NCBI GenBank assembly: GCA_026388155.1
Contig: JAPLKI010000016.1
Span: forward strand, 198,705 to 262,704
Reading direction: 5' to 3'
Source of the DNA: Elusimicrobiota bacterium
GTDB taxonomy: Bacteria; Elusimicrobiota; Elusimicrobia; Elusimicrobiales; UBA9959
DNA length: 64,000 nt
Of the stretch, positions 8,450 to 16,799 are shown in pieces. The notes under the pieces were generated by a model, which saw only the letters and a list, made by a program, of their open reading frames with translations, ran no database searches and was not told the origin of the DNA. Every line of letters begins with the position of its first letter. Position 1 is the first letter of the stretch. The position numbers were made by a program, and so were the translations under genes.

Positions 8450-9649
8450 CTACACCACGCCCTTAGCTTTCAGGGCGGCCAATTCGGTTTCATCAACTCC
8501 GAGTTCTTTGAGTATTTCCGCCGTGTCGGCCGAAAGGCGCGGGGGCGGCGCGTTAAGCTGTCCCGGCATCTTTTCAAACTTGGCGGAGAGGTCGAACAGT
8601 TTCAGCGTGCCTATGCCCTCGGCAGACACCTCTTTGAGTATCCCGCGGTGCTTTATCTGCGGCTGGTTAAGCGCAGCTTCAAGTTCCAAAATGGCGCCGC
8701 TCGGCACGCCTTTCGCGTTAAGCAGCTCCACCCACTCGGCGGTCGGCTTTTCGGCAAGCTTCACTTCCAGCAGCGGGGTCAGAAGTTTGCGGTTCTTTTT
8801 ACGGGTGTCCCGCTTTTCGAACCGCGGATCTTTCTTCAGTTCCGGAACTCCCAGAATGTCGCAGAGGGCTTCCCACTGCTCCTGCTTGTTCGCCGCGATA
8901 TTAATATAGCCGTCCCTGGCCTTGAACGTTCCTGACGGCGCGGCGGTTAAATTGTCGTTGCCCATCGGCACCGGATGCTGGCCGCCGATAAGGAGGTTCG
9001 CCGCCACCCAGCCCATAAGGGGCATGATCGAGTCCAGCATCGCTATATCGATAAACTGCCCTTCGCCGGTGCGTTCGCGATGATAGAGCGCCGCTAATAC
9101 GGCAAAGGCCGCGTTGAGCCCGCCCACCGTATCGCATACGGGGAAGCCCGCGCGCAGGGGGTTGAGCCTTTCATCGCCGTTGATGTCCATAACGCCGCTC
9201 AAGCCCTGGATTATCTGGTCGTAGGCGGGTTTGAACGCGTCGGGCCCGGTATGGCCGAAGCCGGAGATGGCGCAGTAGACTAGGCGGGGATTTATTTCGG
9301 AAAGGGATTTATAGCCGAGGCCCAGCCGGTCCATAACGTCGGGCCGGAAGTTCTCCACCAGCACATCCGCATTTTTCACCAGCTTCCGGAAGATCTCTTT
9401 ACCCTCCGGAGTCTTGGTGTTCAGGGTCAGCGACTTTTTGTTCGCGTTCTGGGCCAGGAAACTGGTTCCCATCAACTGGTCGTTCAAAGCCGGCATTATG
9501 CCGAGCTTCCGGGCCAGGTCGCCGTCTTTTGGGTTTTCGATCTTAATTACTTCGGCGCCCAGCAGCGCCAGGTGCAGAGTGGCAAAAGGCCCGGCTAACA
9601 CGTTGGTAAGGTCAAGCACCCGTATTCCCGAGAGGATTGGTTTGCTCAT
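8450..9649 (-). CDS. Family III CoA-transferase (CaiB/BaiF/Frc type)
   Basis: GIRVLDLTNVLAGPFATLHLALLGAEVIKIE N-terminus and conserved Asp region PVCDTVGG, 399 aa. Confidence 0.85.
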   Translation of the reverse strand: MSKPILSGIRVLDLTNVLAGPFATLHLALLGAEVIKIENPKDGDLARKLGIMPALNDQLMGTSFLAQNANKKSLTLNTKTPEGKEIFRKLVKNADVLVENFRPDVMDRLGLGYKSLSEINPRLVYCAISGFGHTGPDAFKPAYDQIIQGLSGVMDINGDERLNPLRAGFPVCDTVGGLNAAFAVLAALYHRERTGEGQFIDIAMLDSIMPLMGWVAANLLIGGQHPVPMGNDNLTAAPSGTFKARDGYINIAANKQEQWEALCDILGVPELKKDPRFEKRDTRKKNRKLLTPLLEVKLAEKPTAEWVELLNAKGVPSGAILELEAALNQPQIKHRGILKEVSAEGIGTLKLFDLSAKFEKMPGQLNAPPPRLSADTAEILKELGVDETELAALKAKGVV

Positions 9650-9654
9650 AAATG

Positions 9655-9850
9655 CTCCTTTAAGCGGCGTTCACGCCGCTGTCACAAGTTGCATGTCACA
9701 TGACAAGTTGCAAGTCTCATGGCCGTTTGTTAGCCATAGGCCCTGATACTGCACTACCATAGGCTTGTCTCAGGTCACAAGTGAAGAATGAGAGTTCGCT
9801 TGAAACTTGATACTAAGCTTGCTTGTGACCTGTGGCGTGTATCCTGTAAC
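9655..9850. repeat. Hairpin-rich spacer (GTCACAAGT words)
   Basis: GCGGCG-TTCA-CGCCGC hairpin, then repeated GTCACAAGT/GACAAGTTGCAAG words. CAGGTCACAAG (9771-9781) pairs with CTTGTGACCTG (9822-9832). Confidence 0.5.
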
Positions 9851-9853
9851 TCG

Positions 9854-10801
9854 CTACTGCTGGCTGACGGTCTGCGACTTGTTAATATGGATGTGTCCGA
9901 TCTTGTAAACGAAGCCCTGCATGTCGCGGCCGAAATGCGCGGCCGCGTCGCGGGCGACGGCGATAAGGAGGCCCAGGCTCACGTCCATGCGCAGGCCCTC
10001 CCTTTGAAGGGCGTGGACAAAATCCTCGGTGGCAACGTTGCCGGCCGCGACTTTTGTGAACGGGCAGCCGCCCAGGCCTGCAAAAGACGTTTCAACTGAA
10101 GTCACACCGGAGCGCATGGCGGCGAAGATGTTCGCCATGCCGAGGCCGTAAGTGTTGTGGAAATGACAGGCGCACTCAACGCCCTTGTCCATCTTGAAAA
10201 TTTCGCCGAAGAGCCGCTCCACCTGCGCCGGATGGGCATGTCCCGCCGTGTCGGCAAGGCTGATGTTGCGCAGGCCCGCTTCAAGGTAGGCCCGCACCAT
10301 ATTGAGTACGCGTTCCTCAGGGATAGCGCCTTCAAACCCGCAGCCGAACGCGGATTGTACCGAGACCTGCACTTTTTTACCGGCGGCTACGGCGGTTTTC
10401 GCGGCGCCGATTATACGCTTTGTGGATTCCTCTGTTCCCATGCCGGTATTCTTTCGGCTGTGGGTCTCGCTGGCCGAAGCGCCCATGCAGAACATCTCAA
10501 CGCCGCAGGCAAGTCCCCGCTCCAAACCTTTCTCATTAAGCACCAGTCCCGAGAGGACGGCCGCGGAAGTCTTTTTCGCTGTCAGCCGGCGGAACAGCTC
10601 GTCCGTGTCCGCCATTTGCGGGACTTTTTCGGGATGCACGAAAGAGCCGACCTGAATGATGTCCAGACCGGACTCCATCAGGTCCCGGAGCCAGGCCTCT
10701 TTCTTCTCAATGGGGACTACCTCCTTCTCCACTTGCAGGCCGTCCCGGGGGCCGACTTCGTGCAGCAGGATGCGCGGCGAATTATTCTGTGTTATATTCA
10801 T
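9854..10801 (-). CDS. HMG-CoA-lyase-like (HMGL family) TIM-barrel oxo-acid lyase
   Basis: LLHEVGPRDGLQ N-terminal motif typical of HMG-CoA lyase. About 315 aa with no LeuA-type C-terminal domain. The ATG at 10801 overlaps the upstream stop (ATGA). Confidence 0.75.
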   Translation of the reverse strand: MNITQNNSPRILLHEVGPRDGLQVEKEVVPIEKKEAWLRDLMESGLDIIQVGSFVHPEKVPQMADTDELFRRLTAKKTSAAVLSGLVLNEKGLERGLACGVEMFCMGASASETHSRKNTGMGTEESTKRIIGAAKTAVAAGKKVQVSVQSAFGCGFEGAIPEERVLNMVRAYLEAGLRNISLADTAGHAHPAQVERLFGEIFKMDKGVECACHFHNTYGLGMANIFAAMRSGVTSVETSFAGLGGCPFTKVAAGNVATEDFVHALQREGLRMDVSLGLLIAVARDAAAHFGRDMQGFVYKIGHIHINKSQTVSQQ

Positions 10802-11943
10802 GTCCGCGCCGGGCCGGCTACTGCGCACTTGTCCGCTATGGCCCGCGCCATATCAAGAGTGCTGGCAGAACCGCCCATATCGTAAGTGCGCACTTTGCCC
10901 TCTTTAATCACCAGGGCGGTTGCGTCCTCTATCGCCTTCGCTTTGTCGGCCTCTCCGAGCCATTCAAGCATCATCTTTGCCGCGAGAATGGTGGCGATGG
11001 GATTGACTTTGTAAAGGCCGGCGTACTTGGGCGCAGAGCCGTGAGAGGGTTCGAACACCGCCAGTTTCTCTCCGATATTGGCCGAGCAGCCGAAACCCAG
11101 TCCCCCCACCAGCTGCGCGCTCAGATCCGAGATTATGTCGCCGTACAGGTTCGGGGCGACCATTACGTCGTAGTTGAACGGGTTCTTGATCAGCCACATG
11201 GTCATGGCGTCAATGTTCGCGTCATCTATCTTTATCTCGGGGTAGTCCTTAGCCACGGCGCGCGCCGCTTCTAAAAACAGCCCGTCTGTCGCGCGTACGA
11301 CATTGGCTTTGTGAACCACCGTTACTTTCTTCCGGTTGAACTTGCGGGCGAACTCAAAGGCGGCCCGGGCAATGCGCTCCGAGCCTTTTTTTGTGTTTAT
11401 CTTGCAGGAAATAGCGTATTCATCGCTCTTTAAGTTCTTAAACGCTTTGAACGGGGGTGAAAGTTTGATAAGCGTGTCGCGAAGTTCGTCCGGCACGGTA
11501 TTGAATTCCACGCCTGAATAGAGGTCCTCTGTGTTTTCGCGGAACACCACTATATCAATGCCCTCTTTGTAGTTGAGAGGGTTGCCGGGGTAGGCTTTGC
11601 AGGGGCGCAGGCAAACATAGAGGTCGAACAGCTGCCTCATGCGCACGATAGGCGAGCGGTAAACCATCCCCTTGCCCTGGAGCGCGGGTATCAGCTCCTT
11701 CTCGGCGGTCTTAACCGGCTTTGAAGTGATGGCCCCGAACAGCGCGGCTTTCACGCTCTTAAGGAGGTCAATGGTGCGCTGCGGGAACGCGTCGCCTTCC
11801 TTGCACCAGAAGTCCCAGCCGATGTCGCCGTGGATGTATTCGGCGTCAAATTCAACGCGGTCAAGGACGATACGCGCCGCTTCCATTACTTCTTTGCCGA
11901 CGCCGTCGCCGGGGAGCCATGCTATCTGATGTTTTTTGCCCAT
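10798..11943 (-). CDS. Isocitrate/isopropylmalate/homoisocitrate dehydrogenase family protein
   Basis: NLYGDIISDLSAQLVGGLGFGCSANIG signature and SPIVRMRQLFDLYVCLRP, 381 aa. Confidence 0.85.
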   Translation of the reverse strand: MGKKHQIAWLPGDGVGKEVMEAARIVLDRVEFDAEYIHGDIGWDFWCKEGDAFPQRTIDLLKSVKAALFGAITSKPVKTAEKELIPALQGKGMVYRSPIVRMRQLFDLYVCLRPCKAYPGNPLNYKEGIDIVVFRENTEDLYSGVEFNTVPDELRDTLIKLSPPFKAFKNLKSDEYAISCKINTKKGSERIARAAFEFARKFNRKKVTVVHKANVVRATDGLFLEAARAVAKDYPEIKIDDANIDAMTMWLIKNPFNYDVMVAPNLYGDIISDLSAQLVGGLGFGCSANIGEKLAVFEPSHGSAPKYAGLYKVNPIATILAAKMMLEWLGEADKAKAIEDATALVIKEGKVRTYDMGGSASTLDMARAIADKCAVAGPART

Positions 11944-12150
11944 ATTGGAACCTCCTGGAGTCTCTTGATCTGAGTCGTTTTTAATGACGGATTTTTTCAG
12001 TAAATAGCCAATTAAAAATGAATGCGTAATAATCTTATCACAAGCCCGCTTTTATTGTCAACAACTTCCCCTTCCTGACTAAAAAAGCGCTTTGGCCTCT
12101 CAATATATTAAACAGGCTCCTTATAAACGGACGCCGCGCCGGATAAGCGT

Positions 12151-12179
12151 TATATTCATCTGAAAAAGTATTGTATAAT
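12151..12179 (+). promoter_or_regulatory. Candidate sigma70-type promoter for the 12252 gene
   Basis: TGTATAAT at 12172-12179 in an AT-rich divergent region. The -35 is weak. Confidence 0.25.
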
Positions 12180-12251
12180 CTGAAAAAGCACTTCTCAGAC
12201 AGGCAACGCGAATCCCTGCCTGTTGAAAAGATGCGGTAAAATGTCCGTACA

Positions 12252-12992
12252 ATGGAGAAAAAAATGATAAAAGCACCCCCTGAAAAGGTCTCGCAGGAAG
12301 TGGTAACCTTCAAAGTCTCTGAACTTGAGCCGTTATTGTGCGGCCCGTCAATGGATATACCGCCTTTTGAGCCGGCGATGGTAAAGCTGAAAACCGGCGA
12401 AACGATGGTGATCCGCCCGATAAAAAGAGAGGAAGCCCCTTTATTCCTTGACTATGTCAAAAAGTTAATGGACATTGACCATGATTTTTACGACATCGTG
12501 GGAGCCCGGGTCTACGCCGAGATTCTCGGCTGGGTCAGGAACCGCCTGAAAGACCCCTATCATCTCGTCGGTGTTATTGACGGACATGTGGTTGCGTTCT
12601 GTAACGGCCGTCTGATGAACGAGAATATCAATATCAGCCTTCATTCTCTGGCTTTCAGAAGAGGATTGCGGGCCGGGGCGATAATGTATTACGCGAAGTG
12701 CGAATACTGTTTCGAAACTTTGAAACAGAAGGAATTCTGGGCGACCTATGAAAGCTATAACGGCCTCAAGAGATGGGGCATAGGAATGGCCCAGCCTTCT
12801 TATCCGTGGCCCGACGTACAGCACGAGCTCGGCGGCGCCAAGGTTTTCTACATTACCCAGAACTATTGGAAAACAACGGTCAAAAAGTATCTGGAAGAGA
12901 TGACCCAGACAAAAATGGTCAGGCCGGTTCCCGCCGCGCTACTGAAGAAGAACGAGAAGCTTATCATGCCGACCAAACTGGAAGAGGATTGA
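12252..12992 (+). CDS. Hypothetical protein (possibly GNAT-like fold)
   Basis: Long ORF. The central region IRPIKREE...VGVIDGHVVAFCNGRL...RRGLRAGAIMYY loosely resembles acetyltransferases. Confidence 0.4.
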   Translation: MEKKMIKAPPEKVSQEVVTFKVSELEPLLCGPSMDIPPFEPAMVKLKTGETMVIRPIKREEAPLFLDYVKKLMDIDHDFYDIVGARVYAEILGWVRNRLKDPYHLVGVIDGHVVAFCNGRLMNENINISLHSLAFRRGLRAGAIMYYAKCEYCFETLKQKEFWATYESYNGLKRWGIGMAQPSYPWPDVQHELGGAKVFYITQNYWKTTVKKYLEEMTQTKMVRPVPAALLKKNEKLIMPTKLEED

Positions 12993-13111
12993 CAGGGAAA
13001 AACACGGAAAAAACGCGACTCCCCCGGACCAGCCGGGGGAGTTTTGCTTATGATGGCCGCTCCGCCAAAGCTCCGGAGCCGTCGGCGGGAAAAAACAGTG
13101 AATTGCCTTAT

Positions 13112-13987
13112 ATGAAAATATGGCTTATAGCCTTTATTCTTTTACTGCCTAAACCGGGCTTTGGCCAGTTTTATGTGGATAACGCCGCGCCTCAGGGCGA
13201 CGAGCCAATAATTGATTTCTGCTCCCAGGGCAGGTTCCTGATCTTCACCGGAAATTGCTCACTGCCGGAAAAATCAAAATTTAAGGATTCGATAACTTTG
13301 AAAGCCTGCACCGATATCCCGGCCTTTCTGAGCCAGGGGCTGGACGCGCTTTACCCTCAGACCAAAACGGAGATATACCAGGACCTGCCGGCCGATTCCG
13401 TTTATGAAACGCTCGCAAAACCGTTCGTGCTCGGTTTTTTCTTTATCGGCGAGGGCGACATCAAGGGCGGCTTTGTGACCGGTCCGAAAAAAGAAAAAGT
13501 TTATCCGGCCATTGAAGCCTGTATTTCCAAATATGACCTTTATGGCGGGTTCACTTCGCATAGCAAGTATTCGCCGGATGTGGCCGCCCCTGCGGCGCTC
13601 CGCGGGCGTATTTTAAGCCGTACGGAGCTGATTTACGGCGGCGCGGGAGCGGCGGCTGCCTCCTGGCCCAAACTCTGCAAGCCGAAGTTAAGTCTGGTTT
13701 ACCCCACCCGCACTTTTGCCGGCAGGATGAAAAGCGACGCGGCGAAGTTTTTTGAAACGCTGAAGGAAGAGAAGAAGAAGCAGGTGTTGAAAACACTGGA
13801 AGGTATTTGTTCCGCCTGCCCTCAGTATATCAAGGCCGGACATCCGCTCGCGCGCCTCTGCCCGCCCAACTCGGATGTGTGTAAAGTTAAAAAGATAATG
13901 CCCGGCACCGAACAGTTCATACTTGAAAATTACTGCCTGGCGATACATCCTGAGTATGGAAGCAGTACGGAAAATAAAAGTTATTGA
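13112..13987 (+). CDS. Secreted hypothetical protein
   Basis: Internal ATG gives MKIWLIAFILLLPKPGFGQ, a signal-peptide-like start. No recognisable domain and no clear RBS. Confidence 0.45.
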   Translation: MKIWLIAFILLLPKPGFGQFYVDNAAPQGDEPIIDFCSQGRFLIFTGNCSLPEKSKFKDSITLKACTDIPAFLSQGLDALYPQTKTEIYQDLPADSVYETLAKPFVLGFFFIGEGDIKGGFVTGPKKEKVYPAIEACISKYDLYGGFTSHSKYSPDVAAPAALRGRILSRTELIYGGAGAAAASWPKLCKPKLSLVYPTRTFAGRMKSDAAKFFETLKEEKKKQVLKTLEGICSACPQYIKAGHPLARLCPPNSDVCKVKKIMPGTEQFILENYCLAIHPEYGSSTENKSY

Positions 13988-14110
13988 AATAACGGTCAAT
14001 CTTTAATATATTAGTGTTGTCAGCCCTTTGGGCCGTGCGCCAGGCTGTAAAAGGCCGGATTTAAATTTTGAACTCAAATGTTAGGCGGCACAAAAGTTAA
14101 GGAGGGTTAA

Positions 14111-15817
14111 ATGTCTGAAAATGCGAAAGGTTTTACCAGTCACATCAATATGCGCAAGCGCGGGATTTTTATGGCACTCGCCTGTGTTTCTCTGGCTGTT
14201 TATTCCGCAACCGAATTACAGGCCGATTCTTACGAGTCAAGAGCGGAGGTTACCCGCCTTACAAAGTCATTGACCGATTCCAACAGCTATAAGCGCAAGG
14301 CAGCCATTGTCGCCCTGGGCGCACTGGGCTCCGACGCCAAAACTGCGGTTCCCGACCTTACAAACGCGTTGGGTGATTCTGATACCGATGTGCGCGCATT
14401 TGCCGCCGACGCTCTGGGTAAAATAGGCCCCGACGCCAAAACCGCGGTTCCCGAACTTGTAAAGGCGTTAAGCGATTCCAATCCCGATGTCCGCGTGGCG
14501 GCGGCCGTTGCCTTGGGTTTAATCGGCCCGGAAGCCAAAACTGCCGTTCCTAAACTTACAAAGCTTTCAAGCTCTTACAATGCCGACATGCGCGGGGAGG
14601 CTACTGTCGCCCTGGCTAAAATAGGCTCTAACACTCTTGCCGATCTCATAAAAGCGTTAAGCGATTCCGAGGAAAAGGTGCGCAGCCGCGCTGTTGCCGC
14701 CTTGGGCAAAATGGGCCTTGAAGCCAAAACCGCCGTCCCCGAACTTACAAAGGCATTGAGCGATTCCGCCGTCGATGTACGCGCATTAGCCGCCGACGCC
14801 CTGGGTAAAATAGGTCCGGAAGCTAAGACCGCCATTGCCGAACTCACAAAGGGATTGGGCGATTTTAATGCGGTGCGCATAAATGCGGCCTGGGCCCTGG
14901 GGAAAATAGGTCCTGACGCCGCACCCGCTGTTCCCGACCTTATCAAATCGTTGAGCGATTCTAATGACGAGGTGCGCATAAGTGCGGCCGGCGCCCTGGG
15001 GAAAATAGGCCCCGAAGCCAAAACCGCGGTTTCTGAACTCGCAAAATCATTAAGCGATTCTAACAACAAAGTGCGCGAAAACGCGGCCGGCGCCCTGGGG
15101 AAAATAGGCCCGGAGGCCAAAAGCGCCGTTCCCGAACTTACAAAGGCGTTGAGTGACTCTAACGATAAACTGCGCAAATTAGCCGCCGGCGCATTAGGTT
15201 TAATAGGCCCTGAGGCCAAAGACGCTGTTCCGGAACTCACCAAACTATTGGGCGATCCTAACGATGAGGCGCGCGCGAATGCCGCCGCCGCCCTGGATAA
15301 AATAAACCCTAAAGCCGAAACCGCCGTTCCTGAAAGCAAAACCACTGTGAGCGAGGCTGAGGATATTGCGCGCAAAGCGTATGCCCAGGCTCCGGATAAA
15401 ACAAGTCCTCAAAACAAAGACGCGGTTACCGAACTTATAAAAGCCTTAAGCGATTCTGACATAGGCGCGCGCACAGCTGCCGCCCGCACCCTGGGTAAAC
15501 TCGGTTCCGGAGCCAAAAACGCGGTTCCTGACCTTGCGCTGGCATTAGGCGATTCCGATGCCGGCGTGCGCAAAGCCGTCGCCCAAGCCCTGGGTAAAAT
15601 AGGCCCCAAGGCCAAAAGCGCCGTTCCTGAACTTATAAAAGCGTTGAGCGATTCAGATGCCGGCGTGCGCATATTAACCGCCCAAGCCCTGGGTAAAATG
15701 GGCACAAAGGCCAAAAGCGCGATCCCTGAACTTAACAAAGCGTTGAACGATTCCGACGCCGGCGTGCGCAAATTTGCCGCCAAAGCCCTGAGTAAAATAA
15801 ATCCGCCGGCTAAATAG
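14111..15817 (+). CDS. HEAT-repeat (PBS-lyase HEAT-like) protein, exported or anchored
   Basis: About 17 tandem ~31-aa units AKTAVPELTKALSDSNxxVRxxAAxALGKIGPE. AAGGAGG RBS. Hydrophobic N-terminal segment. Confidence 0.8.
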   Translation: MSENAKGFTSHINMRKRGIFMALACVSLAVYSATELQADSYESRAEVTRLTKSLTDSNSYKRKAAIVALGALGSDAKTAVPDLTNALGDSDTDVRAFAADALGKIGPDAKTAVPELVKALSDSNPDVRVAAAVALGLIGPEAKTAVPKLTKLSSSYNADMRGEATVALAKIGSNTLADLIKALSDSEEKVRSRAVAALGKMGLEAKTAVPELTKALSDSAVDVRALAADALGKIGPEAKTAIAELTKGLGDFNAVRINAAWALGKIGPDAAPAVPDLIKSLSDSNDEVRISAAGALGKIGPEAKTAVSELAKSLSDSNNKVRENAAGALGKIGPEAKSAVPELTKALSDSNDKLRKLAAGALGLIGPEAKDAVPELTKLLGDPNDEARANAAAALDKINPKAETAVPESKTTVSEAEDIARKAYAQAPDKTSPQNKDAVTELIKALSDSDIGARTAAARTLGKLGSGAKNAVPDLALALGDSDAGVRKAVAQALGKIGPKAKSAVPELIKALSDSDAGVRILTAQALGKMGTKAKSAIPELNKALNDSDAGVRKFAAKALSKINPPAK

Positions 15818-15846
15818 GGGCGGCTGGAAAAGCCAACAGCCCCTTT

Positions 15847-15925
15847 CAGGTATACAGAATTCAGTAGTCAGAATTCAGGATGGCCTGCTTCTGACTGCTG
15901 AATTCTTACTTCTGGCTACCTGAGC
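15847..15925. repeat. Word-palindrome element family W2 (CAGAATTCAG / CTGAATTCTG), copy 1
   Basis: CAGGTATACAGAATTCAGTAGTCAGAATTCAGGA...TTCTGACTGCTGAATTCTTACTTCTGGCTACCTG. Confidence 0.65.
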
Positions 15926-15961
15926 AGTTACGCTGACAGAACAATTACGAGGTAAAGCGCT

Positions 15962-16708
15962 ATGGACATGACAGTGAAAAAAAAGTTCATAGAAGAATGG
16001 AATAAATATTTTAACGGCGCGGAACTCCCTATCGCTTTTTATTACACCGGCACAGGGGATCGCGCCGAGCTGACAGCGCCGCCATCAGGCCGCCAGTGTA
16101 TTATCGGAGCGCTGGCAAAAGTCCGCAAAGGCGCCTCTCTTTGCTTTGAAGCGGGTTCTATCGGCTGCGCCGGCGGCAAAAGATACGCCGGATTTACAAC
16201 GGACCTCGCGCCGAACTTTGAGTATTTCCTGTCATGCGGTATTCCGGACAGGCTTGAAGGCGAGCGCTATAAAAAATCGCCCGAACTGGTCAAAGAGATG
16301 CTCGGGGCAGCTTCAAAGTTCACAGCTCCGGCCAAATATATAGTTTTTAAGCGGTTTGACTTTCTGGAGGAATCGGACTCTCCGGACGCGGTCGTCTTCT
16401 TCGCGACGCCTGATGTCCTGTCGGGTCTTTTTACTCTCGCGAACTACGATGAAGCGGAACCGAACGGGGTTTTCTGTCCTTTTTGCGCCGGCTGCGGCTC
16501 TATTATCCAATACCCCTATCTCGAAAAAGCTTCCGCCCGTCCAAGGGGGGTCATCGGGATGTTCGACGTGTCGGCCAGACCGTATGTACCGAAAGAAACG
16601 CTTACGTTCGCGGCGCCGATGAGTAAATTCCTCCGTATGGCCGCTAATATGGAAGAAAGTTTTCTGATAACCCGATCCTGGGATAAAGTGAGAAACAGGC
16701 TCGGATAG
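15962..16708 (+). CDS. DUF169-like protein
   Basis: The 248-aa sequence (…IGCAGGKRYAGF…FFATPDVLSGLFTLANYDE…) resembles the COG2043/DUF169 family as I recall it. Confidence 0.45.
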   Translation: MDMTVKKKFIEEWNKYFNGAELPIAFYYTGTGDRAELTAPPSGRQCIIGALAKVRKGASLCFEAGSIGCAGGKRYAGFTTDLAPNFEYFLSCGIPDRLEGERYKKSPELVKEMLGAASKFTAPAKYIVFKRFDFLEESDSPDAVVFFATPDVLSGLFTLANYDEAEPNGVFCPFCAGCGSIIQYPYLEKASARPRGVIGMFDVSARPYVPKETLTFAAPMSKFLRMAANMEESFLITRSWDKVRNRLG

Positions 16709-16753
16709 CCATTTGTAAACCATCGGCCCCGCACCCACAGTCTGCTTGCCAAT

Positions 16754-16787
16754 AAAAAAAGCGCCCCCGCAGTGGGGCGCTTTTTTT
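16754..16787. terminator. Bidirectional terminator between convergent genes
   Basis: A7-GCGCCCC-loop-GGGGCGC-T7. Confidence 0.7.
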
Positions 16788-16799
16788 GTCAAAGCGGAG

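Noticed and set aside
12773-13111. Upstream extension of the 13112 gene (ORF track 12773-13987, 404 aa), which would overlap the 12252 gene.
   Set aside because: The extension is Arg/Gly/Glu-rich low-complexity sequence overlapping the end of the preceding gene in another frame. A signal-peptide-like start follows the internal ATG at 13112.
14250-15800. Regular ~93-bp DNA periodicity (and ~144 bp at 38330-39130) considered as a possible CRISPR-like or other noncoding array.
   Set aside because: The periodicity lies in frame within long ORFs encoding HEAT and Kelch repeats. There are no unique spacers and no cas genes. The dispersed palindromes elsewhere are not regularly spaced either.
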